DNA from: a virus
Direction: 5' to 3' (one strand)
Virus record (IMG/VR): IMGVR_UViG_3300002091_000003
Length of the DNA stretch: 51,710 nt
Shown here: positions 33,971 to 41,497 of the stretch, piece by piece
How positions within the stretch are numbered: position 1 is the stretch's first letter
How the letters are laid out: every line of letters starts with the position of its first letter
Program-made: the position numbers and the translations under genes
The notes under the pieces: generated by a model
The model's input: only the letters and a program-made list of their open reading frames with translations
The model's database searches: none
Told to the model about the DNA's origin: nothing

Positions 33971-34230
33971 TTCAATAGTTCAAGGCGGTGAAGGTTGAAG
34001 CGAAACGGCTTCCAATGGCCTTCCCCCTCTTGGCAATTTCGGCCACAGTGCCGATCTCACGATCCTTCACAATTTAGCTCTGACGGTCTACTGGTCATGA
34101 CCCGAACTGGAACCGAACTGGTTTGCAACTAATAAGCTGCAAAAAACTAGGTTCCCCCTCTAGGCATGGCGTAGGTAGTAATATTGATCCGAACGAGACG
34201 ATAAAAAATCCTTTAAGCTGTTTTGATAAT

Positions 34231-34259
34231 CTCCCCTTCTGGCAATGTCAGGGGGGGAG
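34231..34259 (+). promoter_or_regulatory. intergenic stem-loop H1
   Basis: CTCCCC-ttctggcaatgtcaggg-GGGGAG, upstream of the ArdC-like gene. Confidence 0.5.
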
Positions 34260-34321
34260 AAATCAGCACAGAAGTGTTGAGGTTGGTTCTGACCTTCAGA
34301 ACATCAAAACAAAGGAGTTAT

Positions 34322-35182
34322 ATGAGCAAATTAGATGTATATGAAATCGTAACGGATCGCATCATCGGGATGTTAGAAAACGGTGTTGTTCCTTGGCAAA
34401 AATCTTGGACAACAGCAGATTCAGCCCCCGTTAATCTAGTTAGCAAAAAGAATTACAGGGGGCTTAATGTATGGCTACTTGGTTCCGCTGGCTATGCTTC
34501 CCCTTACTGGTTAAGCTATAAACAGGCTACAGAACTAGGAGGTCAAGTCAGGAAAGGAGAGAAGTCTACAATGGTGGTCTTTTGGACTCAATTTGAGACA
34601 TTAGACAAGGCAAGCGGAAAGAAGAAAAACATCCCTTTGCTTCGCTATTATAATGTATTTAATGTTCAACAGGTTGACGGTATCGAATACCCGAAACCAG
34701 AAGATACAAAAAAGATTGATTTCTGTCGTATTGCGGAGGCTGAAAAGCTAGTTGTTAATATGCCACAGAAACCTACCATCCTGCATGGTGAACAAAGGGC
34801 TTATTATAACAGGGCATCAGACTATGTTAATATGCCGCAAAAAGACAGCTTTGATAAAGAGGAGAATTACTACTCTGTGCTGTTCCATGAGCTAACTCAT
34901 GCCACAGGGCATGAGAGTAGGCTAGGGAGGCTACAGGATAGCGTCTCTGGCTTTGGATCTACCAGTTATGCAAAGGAAGAGTTAGTCGCTGAAATGGGGG
35001 CTTCCTACCTCTGTGCAACGGCTGGAATAGTTGACAGGACGATAGATAATAGTGCTGCTTATATTGCCAATTGGCTAACAGCATTAAAGAATGATAAGAA
35101 GCTGGTAGTTAGTGCAGCAGGTAAAGCCCAGAAAGCAGTTGACTTCATCCTTGGAATAAAGATGGAAGCACCAGTTGCCTAG
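34322..35182 (+). CDS. ardC: ArdC-like antirestriction protein (N-terminal ssDNA-binding domain plus zincin metalloprotease domain)
   Basis: DVYEIVTDRIIGMLENGVVPWQKSW...NYRGLNVWLL...YWLSYKQATELGGQVRKGEKST and HELTHATGHESRLGR. ATG at 34322 with AAAGGAG 6 nt upstream. Confidence 0.85.
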   Translation: MSKLDVYEIVTDRIIGMLENGVVPWQKSWTTADSAPVNLVSKKNYRGLNVWLLGSAGYASPYWLSYKQATELGGQVRKGEKSTMVVFWTQFETLDKASGKKKNIPLLRYYNVFNVQQVDGIEYPKPEDTKKIDFCRIAEAEKLVVNMPQKPTILHGEQRAYYNRASDYVNMPQKDSFDKEENYYSVLFHELTHATGHESRLGRLQDSVSGFGSTSYAKEELVAEMGASYLCATAGIVDRTIDNSAAYIANWLTALKNDKKLVVSAAGKAQKAVDFILGIKMEAPVA

Positions 35183-35187
35183 ATAAA

Positions 35188-35216
35188 TTGCCTCCCCTGT
35201 AAAAAGGGGGGGGCAA
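35188..35216 (+). promoter_or_regulatory. intergenic stem-loop H2
   Basis: TTGCCTCCCC-tgtaaaaag-GGGGGGGCAA, a 10-bp stem 6 nt after the ardC stop. No U-tract. Confidence 0.55.
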
Positions 35217-35266
35217 TAATCTGTGCAAGACGCATAGAAAACAGCAAACAAAACAAAGGAGATAAT

Positions 35267-35368
35267 ATGGATATAATCGACACAATAAATCAGTATTTAG
35301 ATTATTCTCTTGTCGTATTTTATGCGGCATTTGTCATGGTAGTTATATACTGGTTATTTAGAAAATAG
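35267..35368 (+). CDS. 33-aa membrane peptide
   Basis: Hand-translated MDIIDTINQYLDYSLVVFYAAFVMVVIYWLFRK. AAAGGAGATAAT precedes the ATG. Confidence 0.45.
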   Translation: MDIIDTINQYLDYSLVVFYAAFVMVVIYWLFRK

Positions 35369-35378
35369 CATCAACACT

Positions 35379-35402
35379 CTCCCTTCTAGAAATAGAGGGG
35401 AG
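35379..35402 (+). promoter_or_regulatory. intergenic stem-loop H3 (GAAA tetraloop)
   Basis: CTCCCTTCTA-GAAA-TAGAGGGGAG, a 10-bp stem. Confidence 0.55.
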
Positions 35403-35477
35403 CAGTTGGGGCTAATACCAGCACCAAGTCAGCTATGACTAAATAGCATCAAAAAAAGGAAAGGAAGGTGAGTAACA

Positions 35478-35651
35478 GTGAATAAAGAGCAGAGATTAGC
35501 AGTTGATGATCTGAAAAAAATAGGAGCTTCCGAGCTTCTATCTTTACAGAGAAAGCAACGGTTTATGTCAGCCTTCTTTGGTGATAAAACAGGAGAGGCT
35601 GCAAAGCGTGATGTTCTAATTAACATTGCGTTAGAAGAGCTAGGTCAGTAA
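35478..35651 (+). CDS. 57-aa hypothetical protein (GTG start)
   Basis: Hand-translated VNKEQRLAVDDLKKIGASELLSLQRKQRFMSAFFGDKTGEAAKRDVLINIALEELGQ. GGAAGG upstream. Preferred over the antisense ORF 35429..35626. Confidence 0.4.
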   Translation: MNKEQRLAVDDLKKIGASELLSLQRKQRFMSAFFGDKTGEAAKRDVLINIALEELGQ

Positions 35652-35656
35652 GCACT

Positions 35657-35684
35657 CTGTGCTGGAGTTAACGCTCCAGCACAG
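35657..35684 (+). promoter_or_regulatory. intergenic stem-loop H4
   Basis: CTGTGCTGGAG-ttaacg-CTCCAGCACAG, an 11-bp perfect stem. Confidence 0.55.
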
Positions 35685-35735
35685 CAGCTTGCTAACAATT
35701 CAGTTAGTAAGAAACAAAACATAAAGGAGATAAGT

Positions 35736-35984
35736 ATGACCACAACACGAAAAATCCGCATTAGTCACAGGGTACACCTAATCATAGATCATAATGACGA
35801 GGCAACGCCAGCAATGGTAGAATCTGGACGATATGCATCAAGCTATGATTGGGTAATGAATACTGGAGATGTTGACGATTCAGTATTCCTTACTGATCAA
35901 GAAATGGAAAAGTTAGAAACATATCGGGATGATGTAGAGCAAGCGTTTGAAATCGCAAGGAAAGATAGTCCAGAATACAACTGA
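35736..35984 (+). CDS. small acidic early protein
   Basis: 82 aa with net charge about -10. The strong SD leader AACAAAACATAAAGGAGATAAGTATGA is identical to that of the next gene. Confidence 0.7.
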   Translation: MTTTRKIRISHRVHLIIDHNDEATPAMVESGRYASSYDWVMNTGDVDDSVFLTDQEMEKLETYRDDVEQAFEIARKDSPEYN

Positions 35985-35994
35985 TATTGGCACT

Positions 35995-36020
35995 CTGATC
36001 CTGTAGAAATACAGGGTCAG
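35995..36020 (+). promoter_or_regulatory. intergenic stem-loop H5 (GAAA tetraloop)
   Basis: CTGATCCTGTA-GAAA-TACAGGGTCAG, an 11-bp stem. Confidence 0.55.
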
Positions 36021-36070
36021 TAACCAGTAGCAATTAAGTTGCTGGATAACAAAACATAAAGGAGATAAGT

Positions 36071-36331
36071 ATGAGTATTAAAACGCAAAAAGTAAAGAAT
36101 GAATATAAGTTCATTCTAGATAATGGTAAAACATTATATGCATATAAAGATGATTATGCCATTACGCATAACAGGGATATATATATTGTTAAAAAAATGA
36201 TGTGGGGAAGCAAAACAACAGCATGGGTTGCTTTCCATTCTGAAAAGTATAACGAGAAATTTGAAGCGTTGACCTTGCAGGGATTGAAGGAATCAATGAA
36301 TTATTATTTGAACCATGACTCCGCTAAATAA
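36071..36331 (+). CDS. hypothetical early protein
   Basis: 86-aa ORF with the same 27-nt leader as 35736. Confidence 0.7.
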   Translation: MSIKTQKVKNEYKFILDNGKTLYAYKDDYAITHNRDIYIVKKMMWGSKTTAWVAFHSEKYNEKFEALTLQGLKESMNYYLNHDSAK

Positions 36332-36617
36332 GCCTGTCAGGAGGAAGACCAGAATCACGCTAGGATGGGGCTACGGTAGCGATACAGGCAAGCCCCTTAT
36401 CGTCACCCTAGAATCCTCCAGCGAGGGCGATATGCTCAAGGTCAGACCACTAGGAACCAGAAGGGAGGAAGTGGTCAGGATTGAGGATATATACCATTGG
36501 GCAATCCGTTCCCGATGCCAGCGGAAGGTATTAGAGAAGGCCAGGGCCAAGAAGGAAGTGATCCGCATCAAGCGGCAAGCAGCAGAGTATAAGCGGAGGC
36601 TACGAGCAATAAAGTGA
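36315..36617 (+). CDS. basic hypothetical protein
   Basis: 100-aa ORF with an Arg/Lys-rich C-terminal helix. Overlaps the upstream gene by 17 nt. Confidence 0.6.
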   Translation: MTPLNKPVRRKTRITLGWGYGSDTGKPLIVTLESSSEGDMLKVRPLGTRREEVVRIEDIYHWAIRSRCQRKVLEKARAKKEVIRIKRQAAEYKRRLRAIK

Positions 36618-36636
36618 TAGCAGCAGTATTGACCCC

Positions 36637-36663
36637 CTGCTTCCCCTGTAATGGGGGGAGCAG
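36637..36663 (+). promoter_or_regulatory. intergenic stem-loop H6
   Basis: CTGCTTCCCC-tgtaatg-GGGGGAGCAG. Its core CCCCTGTAA is shared with H2. Confidence 0.55.
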
Positions 36664-36713
36664 TAGCCAGTACCAACTGGAACCAAGAAAAAAGTTCTTG
36701 CAATCTTTGCAAG

Positions 36714-37046
36714 ATGCTTGTAAAAGATAAAAAGATGAGCTACGGAACCGCACAAACACTGGATCTAGAGCAAATCGCAACCAACCACCACACAATGAAA
36801 AACATCACTGATACCCTCAACCATGCTCGCCATTTTGCCGACAACGCAAACATCCGCGACGCTTATTCAAACACCCTGTTCAACCGTGAGCCTTCAAAGT
36901 TTTCGCTCTTCATGGCACGGACTTTTTTAAGTCGCGCCGACCTCATTGGAATGACAAAGAGTGAAATCTACGATGCTGGTCACAAGATCGCCGAAGCATG
37001 GATGCAGTCTGCAAAGGTTGGATTCTACCGCGCCAGCCGTTACTAA
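36714..37046 (+). CDS. hypothetical protein
   Basis: First ATG of tracked ORF 36651..37046 that lies downstream of hairpin H6. Start uncertain. Confidence 0.5.
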   Translation: MLVKDKKMSYGTAQTLDLEQIATNHHTMKNITDTLNHARHFADNANIRDAYSNTLFNREPSKFSLFMARTFLSRADLIGMTKSEIYDAGHKIAEAWMQSAKVGFYRASRY

Positions 37047-37077
37047 TCAACCAACCACCACCAACCAAAAACAACCC

Positions 37078-37278
37078 ATGAAAAATGTAACAGTAATAAC
37101 ATATACAGTAGACGCTCCAGAATATGGATCAGATTGCATAACAGAGAAAAAATTCTGGCACACATACCCGTATAGTAAGCCCGTAATCACCTATCGCGGC
37201 GCGGCGCGTATCCTAAAAAATGCAGAGATTGACAACGCCAGAACCGTGATTGGTTTACAGCATATGGTCATAGATTAA
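37078..37278 (+). CDS. hypothetical protein (66 aa)
   Basis: ATG at 37078 inside tracked ORF 36961..37278, after the upstream stop. Confidence 0.5.
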   Translation: MKNVTVITYTVDAPEYGSDCITEKKFWHTYPYSKPVITYRGAARILKNAEIDNARTVIGLQHMVID

Positions 37279-37305
37279 TTAAACAATAAACCAAAGGAAA
37301 ACACC

Positions 37306-37416
37306 ATGAACACCGAAAAACCCACCCTACAAGAAGCAATTGATCGACTCATTGCAACCACGGAAGAGATTGCAAGGCAGATCGAAAAGATCAAATCCGC
37401 AATTGGATCAAACTAA
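37306..37416 (+). CDS. 36-aa helical peptide
   Basis: Hand-translated MNTEKPTLQEAIDRLIATTEEIARQIEKIKSAIGSN. AAGGAAA upstream. Confidence 0.35.
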   Translation: MNTEKPTLQEAIDRLIATTEEIARQIEKIKSAIGSN

Positions 37417-37424
37417 TTAACAAT

Positions 37425-37589
37425 ATGACTGATCTATACGCTCAAATAAACAACCTTAACAAGGATCAAAAAAGAGACTTAATCCTTCGCATTATGTGCA
37501 GGACAGAGAACCATGAAGATCCGTCCGATGAACTATTGAGGGAGATTATCGAAACCGTTATTGCTGGCCCCGAAATTGTTGAGGATTAA
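37425..37589 (+). CDS. 54-aa hypothetical protein
   Basis: Hand-translated MTDLYAQINNLNKDQKRDLILRIMCRTENHEDPSDELLREIIETVIAGPEIVED. Confidence 0.35.
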   Translation: MTDLYAQINNLNKDQKRDLILRIMCRTENHEDPSDELLREIIETVIAGPEIVED

Positions 37590-37593
37590 AACC

Positions 37594-37818
37594 ATGAAGA
37601 CAACTATGACAGAAACCCGCCAGATTCTCGACGAGATCGAGGGAGCCTTGGCCTTTCAAATCACCATAAGCAACCTATACAGCTTGCAGGAATGCAGGAT
37701 CACAACCCCCAGAGCAAGGGAGATTGTTGCCCGAATAAAAAGGATTAAAAAAAGTCTTGCAACCCCCGCGAGGCCACCTCAATACTTCCAAAAACTAGAC
37801 CGTTACCACGAACTGTAA
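37594..37818 (+). CDS. hypothetical protein (74 aa)
   Basis: ATG at 37594 within tracked ORF 37561..37818. Confidence 0.5.
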   Translation: MKTTMTETRQILDEIEGALAFQITISNLYSLQECRITTPRAREIVARIKRIKKSLATPARPPQYFQKLDRYHEL

Positions 37819-37823
37819 TTCCA

Positions 37824-38069
37824 ATGGACACGCTACAATATTGGCAAGCAATTGCCGAGGCAATGATTAAGATACCTGCACCGTCAGAACCGTCAGAACC
37901 TGCGATACCCCCCCATGCGTTCCCGTTAAAAAGCGTTAGATTTAGCGGGAGGATGACGGATAAAACAAACTTTACCAAACTCCAAGAACTTTGGAATGGT
38001 GTAGAAAAACCGTTAGAAATACAAACAGCAGGACACAGAACCCACAACTTAACCACTAAATTAAAATGA
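37824..38069 (+). CDS. hypothetical protein (81 aa)
   Basis: Tracked ORF with same-strand packing. Confidence 0.55.
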   Translation: MDTLQYWQAIAEAMIKIPAPSEPSEPAIPPHAFPLKSVRFSGRMTDKTNFTKLQELWNGVEKPLEIQTAGHRTHNLTTKLK

Positions 38070-38194
38070 CCATAAATAAACTCTATCCACCCTGCATACC
38101 CTATATCTGGATCTTCCTTGAAAATCTTGAAAATAAAGGCTTGATCGGAACTCCGCGATACTCTACCAGTATCTACCCCGCGCTTAAAAAATAA
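38066..38194 (+). CDS. 42-aa hypothetical peptide
   Basis: ATGA overlap with the upstream stop. Hand-translated MTINKLYPPCIPYIWIFLENLENKG... Confidence 0.3.
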   Translation: MTINKLYPPCIPYIWIFLENLENKGLIGTPRYSTSIYPALKK

Positions 38195-38222
38195 CTTGAA
38201 AACTTCTTTTCACCTTGCAAGA

Positions 38223-38495
38223 ATGCTTGCCAACAACCAACCAACCATGACCGATACAGAAACACCAACCACAACCGAAACGCCGATTGATATTCCACCA
38301 TCACTCTCTTTTTCTGATGAAAAACTTAAAGAGATGGTAAAAAGAAAAAGCGATAAGAAGAAGGGACGCACCTTTTTGGGTCTCTATATTCCCAATGAGT
38401 TAAAGGACAAGATCGCCGTAGCTTCAAAGAAGGATCGTCGTTCCATGAGCAACTTTTCGGAAGACATTCTGGAAAACTATTTCGCCACAAAATGA
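38223..38495 (+). CDS. ribbon-helix-helix (CopG/Arc-like) DNA-binding protein
   Basis: C-terminal GRTFLGLYIPNELKDKIAVASKKDRRSMSNFSEDILENYF fits a beta-strand/helix/helix RHH pattern. The start could be 38196, 38223 or 38247. Confidence 0.55.
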   Translation: MLANNQPTMTDTETPTTTETPIDIPPSLSFSDEKLKEMVKRKSDKKKGRTFLGLYIPNELKDKIAVASKKDRRSMSNFSEDILENYFATK

Positions 38496-38566
38496 GCGCA
38501 CGATCACTTGCCATCACGATTTTACTGTTCGGACTCACCCTCCTTGCTATCCTCACCCTAAAATAA
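38492..38566 (+). CDS. 24-aa hydrophobic peptide
   Basis: MSARSLAITILLFGLTLLAILTLK. ATGA overlap upstream and a TAATATG junction downstream. Confidence 0.3.
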   Translation: MSARSLAITILLFGLTLLAILTLK

Positions 38567-38567
38567 T

Positions 38568-38714
38568 ATGAAACCCAAGGGACTCTACGCAAACATCCAT
38601 GCCAAGCAAGACCGCATCAAAGCTGGATCTGGTGAACGCATGAGGAAGGTTGGAAGCAAAGGCGCACCAACTGCCAAGGCATTCAAGCAATCAAAGAAAA
38701 CTGCAAAGAAATAA
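38568..38714 (+). CDS. 48-aa basic protein
   Basis: Hand-translated MKPKGLYANIHAKQDRIKAGSGERMRKVGSKGAPTAKAFKQSKKTAKK. Recalls a small conserved phage protein family. Confidence 0.45.
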   Translation: MKPKGLYANIHAKQDRIKAGSGERMRKVGSKGAPTAKAFKQSKKTAKK

Positions 38715-38718
38715 TACT

Positions 38719-38982
38719 ATGGCAAGCGAAAAATGGCAGACGAAAGCTGGACAGAACCCCAAGGGGGGACTCAATGCCGCTGGCCGCGCCAGTTACAACA
38801 AGGCGCATGGGGGGCATCTTAAAGCTCCCGCCCCATCCCCAAAGACCAAAGCCGATGCAGGACGCAAGGCTTCTTTTTGCGCCAGGATGAAAGGGATGAA
38901 GGCAAAGCTCACAAGCGCAAAGACAGCTAAAGATCCAAACTCTCGCATCAATAAGTCCCTTCGGGCTTGGAAGTGCAAGTAA
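38719..38982 (+). CDS. 87-aa basic protein
   Basis: ATG at 38719 within tracked ORF 38650..38982. NPKGGLNAAGRASYNK...RKASFCARMKG. Confidence 0.55.
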   Translation: MASEKWQTKAGQNPKGGLNAAGRASYNKAHGGHLKAPAPSPKTKADAGRKASFCARMKGMKAKLTSAKTAKDPNSRINKSLRAWKCK

Positions 38983-39005
38983 CAACAACCAACAACCAAA
39001 ACAAA

Positions 39006-39143
39006 ATGACACTAGCAGAACTCAACAATCTTGCTCAAGAGATCGCCAACAAACTTGGACACATCTCACAGGAGCTTTTGATCCAGATCCATACCCTCGC
39101 CCATAGTGAGGATTCAGCCCCAACACCATCAACCGATGCTTAA
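39006..39143 (+). CDS. 45-aa hypothetical peptide
   Basis: Hand-translated MTLAELNNLAQEIANKLGHISQELLIQIHTLAHSEDSAPTPSTDA. Confidence 0.3.
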   Translation: MTLAELNNLAQEIANKLGHISQELLIQIHTLAHSEDSAPTPSTDA

Positions 39144-39306
39144 AGAAATCATAGACGCAATACGAGCCAAAATGAAAACGGAAGCAACCCCAGGTAAAAC
39201 GCTCATCAATACCCGCAAAATGTCCCCTGCTAAAAAGGCAATGGTCAAGTCGGGAGCAATCAAGGCAATGCCAAAAGGCAAAGCAGCAGGAAAGAAGAAC
39301 AAGTAA
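39136..39306 (+). CDS. 56-aa Lys-rich protein
   Basis: ATG at 39136 within tracked ORF 39106..39306. Confidence 0.45.
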   Translation: MLKEIIDAIRAKMKTEATPGKTLINTRKMSPAKKAMVKSGAIKAMPKGKAAGKKNK

Positions 39307-39323
39307 CCTTGCTCTAAATAGGA

Positions 39324-39356
39324 CTCCCGTAGCCCCATGAACAAAGGCTACGGGAG
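39324..39356 (+). promoter_or_regulatory. intergenic stem-loop H7
   Basis: CTCCCGTAGCC-11 nt-GGCTACGGGAG, an 11-bp perfect stem 34 nt upstream of the RecT-like gene. Confidence 0.55.
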
Positions 39357-39389
39357 CATTAGCAGCAGCAACCACGCAAACCGCAAATC

Positions 39390-40178
39390 ATGAATACAAC
39401 ATTAGCAGTAAGCAGTCAACCCCTCCCTATCATTCCGATGGGGGAAATGGAGAGAATGGCTCTTGCCGTCTCTAAATCGGGTCTATTCGGCGTTAATACG
39501 CCAGACCAAGCATTAGCCCTCATGCTTGTCGCCCAAGCAGAAGGAAGGCATCCTGCTTCCGCCGCGAAGGAGTACCATATCATCAAGGGAAGACCAGCCC
39601 TTAAAGCAGACGCTATGCTGGCAAGGTTCCAGCAAGCAGGAGGATCAGTATCTTGGGAGGAGCGCACCAACTCCAAGGTGTCCGCAAAGTTCTCTCACCC
39701 CCAGGGCGGGGAACTGGTAGTAACTTGGACATTGGATGATGCAAAGACAGCAGGGCTTGCCTCTGGTGATAACTGGAGGAAATATCCGCGCCAGATGCTA
39801 TCGGCACGGGTAGTTTCAGAGGGAGTTAGAGCAGTATTCCCCTCCGTTGTTTCGGGTCTATATACTCCAGAGGAGGTTAATGACTTTGATACCAAGGCTC
39901 CCGCCACCGTAGAGAAGCCTATCATAAAGGTAGAGCAACCTATCATTGCCGAGATCGTTGAGGAGGAGCCTGTAAAGGAGCTTCCCCAGACCTGTTACGA
40001 TATGCTTTTTAGCATGATGGATACGGATGGGATCAGTGAGGATCACATCCTTCATTTCCTGTATGCAAAGAAGGCAATCAAGTCACGGGACATCTATATC
40101 TTTGATATAAGCGAGAAGATGGTGAACCGAATGATCGAAGTTTGGGATGAGATCAAAGCCTTCAAACCAGCAATCTAA
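39390..40178 (+). CDS. RecT/Bet-family single-strand annealing protein
   Basis: NWRKYPRQMLSARVVSEGVRAVFPSVVSGLYTPEEV parallels lambda Bet PWQSHPKRMLRHKAMIQCARLAFGFAGIYDKDEA. Adjacent to an exonuclease gene. Confidence 0.6.
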   Translation: MNTTLAVSSQPLPIIPMGEMERMALAVSKSGLFGVNTPDQALALMLVAQAEGRHPASAAKEYHIIKGRPALKADAMLARFQQAGGSVSWEERTNSKVSAKFSHPQGGELVVTWTLDDAKTAGLASGDNWRKYPRQMLSARVVSEGVRAVFPSVVSGLYTPEEVNDFDTKAPATVEKPIIKVEQPIIAEIVEEEPVKELPQTCYDMLFSMMDTDGISEDHILHFLYAKKAIKSRDIYIFDISEKMVNRMIEVWDEIKAFKPAI

Positions 40179-40206
40179 TGATCCGTAAAAACAAAAAAGC
40201 ACTAAA

Positions 40207-40428
40207 ATGACAAATGATTCTCAAAATATTACAGATATGAAAGCATTTCCAGTTTCTTGGAATGATGAACAAGATTTTCATGGCGGAATGAACATCAGGC
40301 ATTATTTTGCTGCAAAGGCAATGCAGTCATTAATATCTAATAAATCAGAATATCTTACTGATTTTGATTACGATAGAGTTGCTTGGGTGGCATATCGTTT
40401 TGCAGATTCAATGATGGAGTTATTGTAA
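40207..40428 (+). CDS. hypothetical protein (common phage small-protein pattern)
   Basis: 73 aa. NIRHYFAAKAMQSLISN...VAWVAYRFADSMMELL. Confidence 0.6.
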   Translation: MTNDSQNITDMKAFPVSWNDEQDFHGGMNIRHYFAAKAMQSLISNKSEYLTDFDYDRVAWVAYRFADSMMELL

Positions 40429-40429
40429 T

Positions 40430-41497
40430 ATGGACGAACGCAAAAGTAAACCATCAGCAAGCGGCTTCTCCCGCCTTGCCCTATGCGCTGGTAGCTGGAA
40501 CCTAGAATCCACGCTACCAGAGCAGGAAGAGAATAAATACATGGTACTCGGAACGGATATTCATGCCGTCCTAGCGGATAAGAAAGACTTTGATTCCCTA
40601 ACGGAAGAAGGTCAGGACATTGCAACCCGATGCTTGAACCAGTTGTCCGAGATGATTGGACAGTTGGATCTTGGGGAGAGAACCAAGGAAGTCATTGAAG
40701 AGAGATTTTGGTATGGTGATCTTTTCAGTGGAGCCATTGATCGTATCGACTTCTTTGGCGAGGATACAGCAGTGGTCACAGACTTCAAGACGGGGCGTGT
40801 AGCCCAATCTGGAGCCTCTGAAAACTATCAACTCCGCGCCTATGCCGTCCTAGCAAAGAAAGCATTCCCAGAACTCAAGACGATCTATGTCGCCATCATC
40901 CAGCCGATGGCAGGAGGCAAGACCATTGCAGAGTATACGGAAGCTGACCTAGCAGCATCAGAAAAGGAAATTGTTGGCATCGTTACTGCTTCTCAAAAGC
41001 ATGATGCTCCAAGAACTCCTTCTCCAGACGCTTGTAAATGGTGTCGCGCCAAAGATATTTGTCCAGAACGCTATGAATTATCTCAAGCGGCAAACAAGCA
41101 ACTTCAAGTTGTCTCTGGAGTAGTAGTATCCAAGCTCTCCAATGAGGAACTGGTCAACATTGATGACAAGAGCCTCGTTGTAGAAGACTTCATTGAGGAG
41201 GTCAGGAAGGAGCTTAAAAGCCGTCTTATTTCTGGTCAAAAAATTGCTGGACGATCCCTCACAAAAGGTCGAACATCCCGAAGTGTTCAAGATACTCTCG
41301 CTGCTTCCGATGCTCTTGCTGATGTCATTAAGCCGAGTGATTTTATGGCTTGCACAAAGCTATCAATCACGGCTTTGGAGAAGGCAATCGCAAAAGCAAA
41401 AGGCTTATCTGCGAAGGATGCGAAATCCGAGCTTGAGAAGGCACTTGGCTGGATTATCGAGTCAAAAGAGGGAGAACCATCCATCAAGCGTGAATAA
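40430..41497 (+). CDS. PD-(D/E)XK exonuclease with a Cas4-type Cys cluster (DUF2800-like)
   Basis: GAIDRIDF...AVVTDFKTGR core, N-terminal C (LALCAGSW) plus C-terminal CKWCRAKDIC (C-x2-C-x5-C). Confidence 0.7.
   Translation: MDERKSKPSASGFSRLALCAGSWNLESTLPEQEENKYMVLGTDIHAVLADKKDFDSLTEEGQDIATRCLNQLSEMIGQLDLGERTKEVIEERFWYGDLFSGAIDRIDFFGEDTAVVTDFKTGRVAQSGASENYQLRAYAVLAKKAFPELKTIYVAIIQPMAGGKTIAEYTEADLAASEKEIVGIVTASQKHDAPRTPSPDACKWCRAKDICPERYELSQAANKQLQVVSGVVVSKLSNEELVNIDDKSLVVEDFIEEVRKELKSRLISGQKIAGRSLTKGRTSRSVQDTLAASDALADVIKPSDFMACTKLSITALEKAIAKAKGLSAKDAKSELEKALGWIIESKEGEPSIKRE

Noticed and set aside
35429-35626. A 65-aa minus-strand ORF in the early region.
   Set aside because: It is opposite to the uniformly plus-strand context. 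A plus-strand 57-aa ORF with an upstream purine-rich RBS explains the interval better.
34231-39356. The repeated hairpins as a CRISPR array or as rho-independent terminators.
   Set aside because: The repeats are not sequence-identical and are separated by whole genes rather than 30-40-nt spacers. They also lack U-tracts.
38683-39375. Minus-strand ORFs of 68-117 aa antisense to the plus-strand small-gene array.
   Set aside because: They overlap several coupled plus-strand ORFs, have Cys/Leu/Phe-rich nonsense-like composition and lack start signals.
41193-41489. The upstream two-thirds of tracked ORF 41193..41705.
   Set aside because: It lies in an alternative frame inside the well-supported exonuclease gene. 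Only the part beyond the exonuclease stop is kept, as a low-confidence gene.
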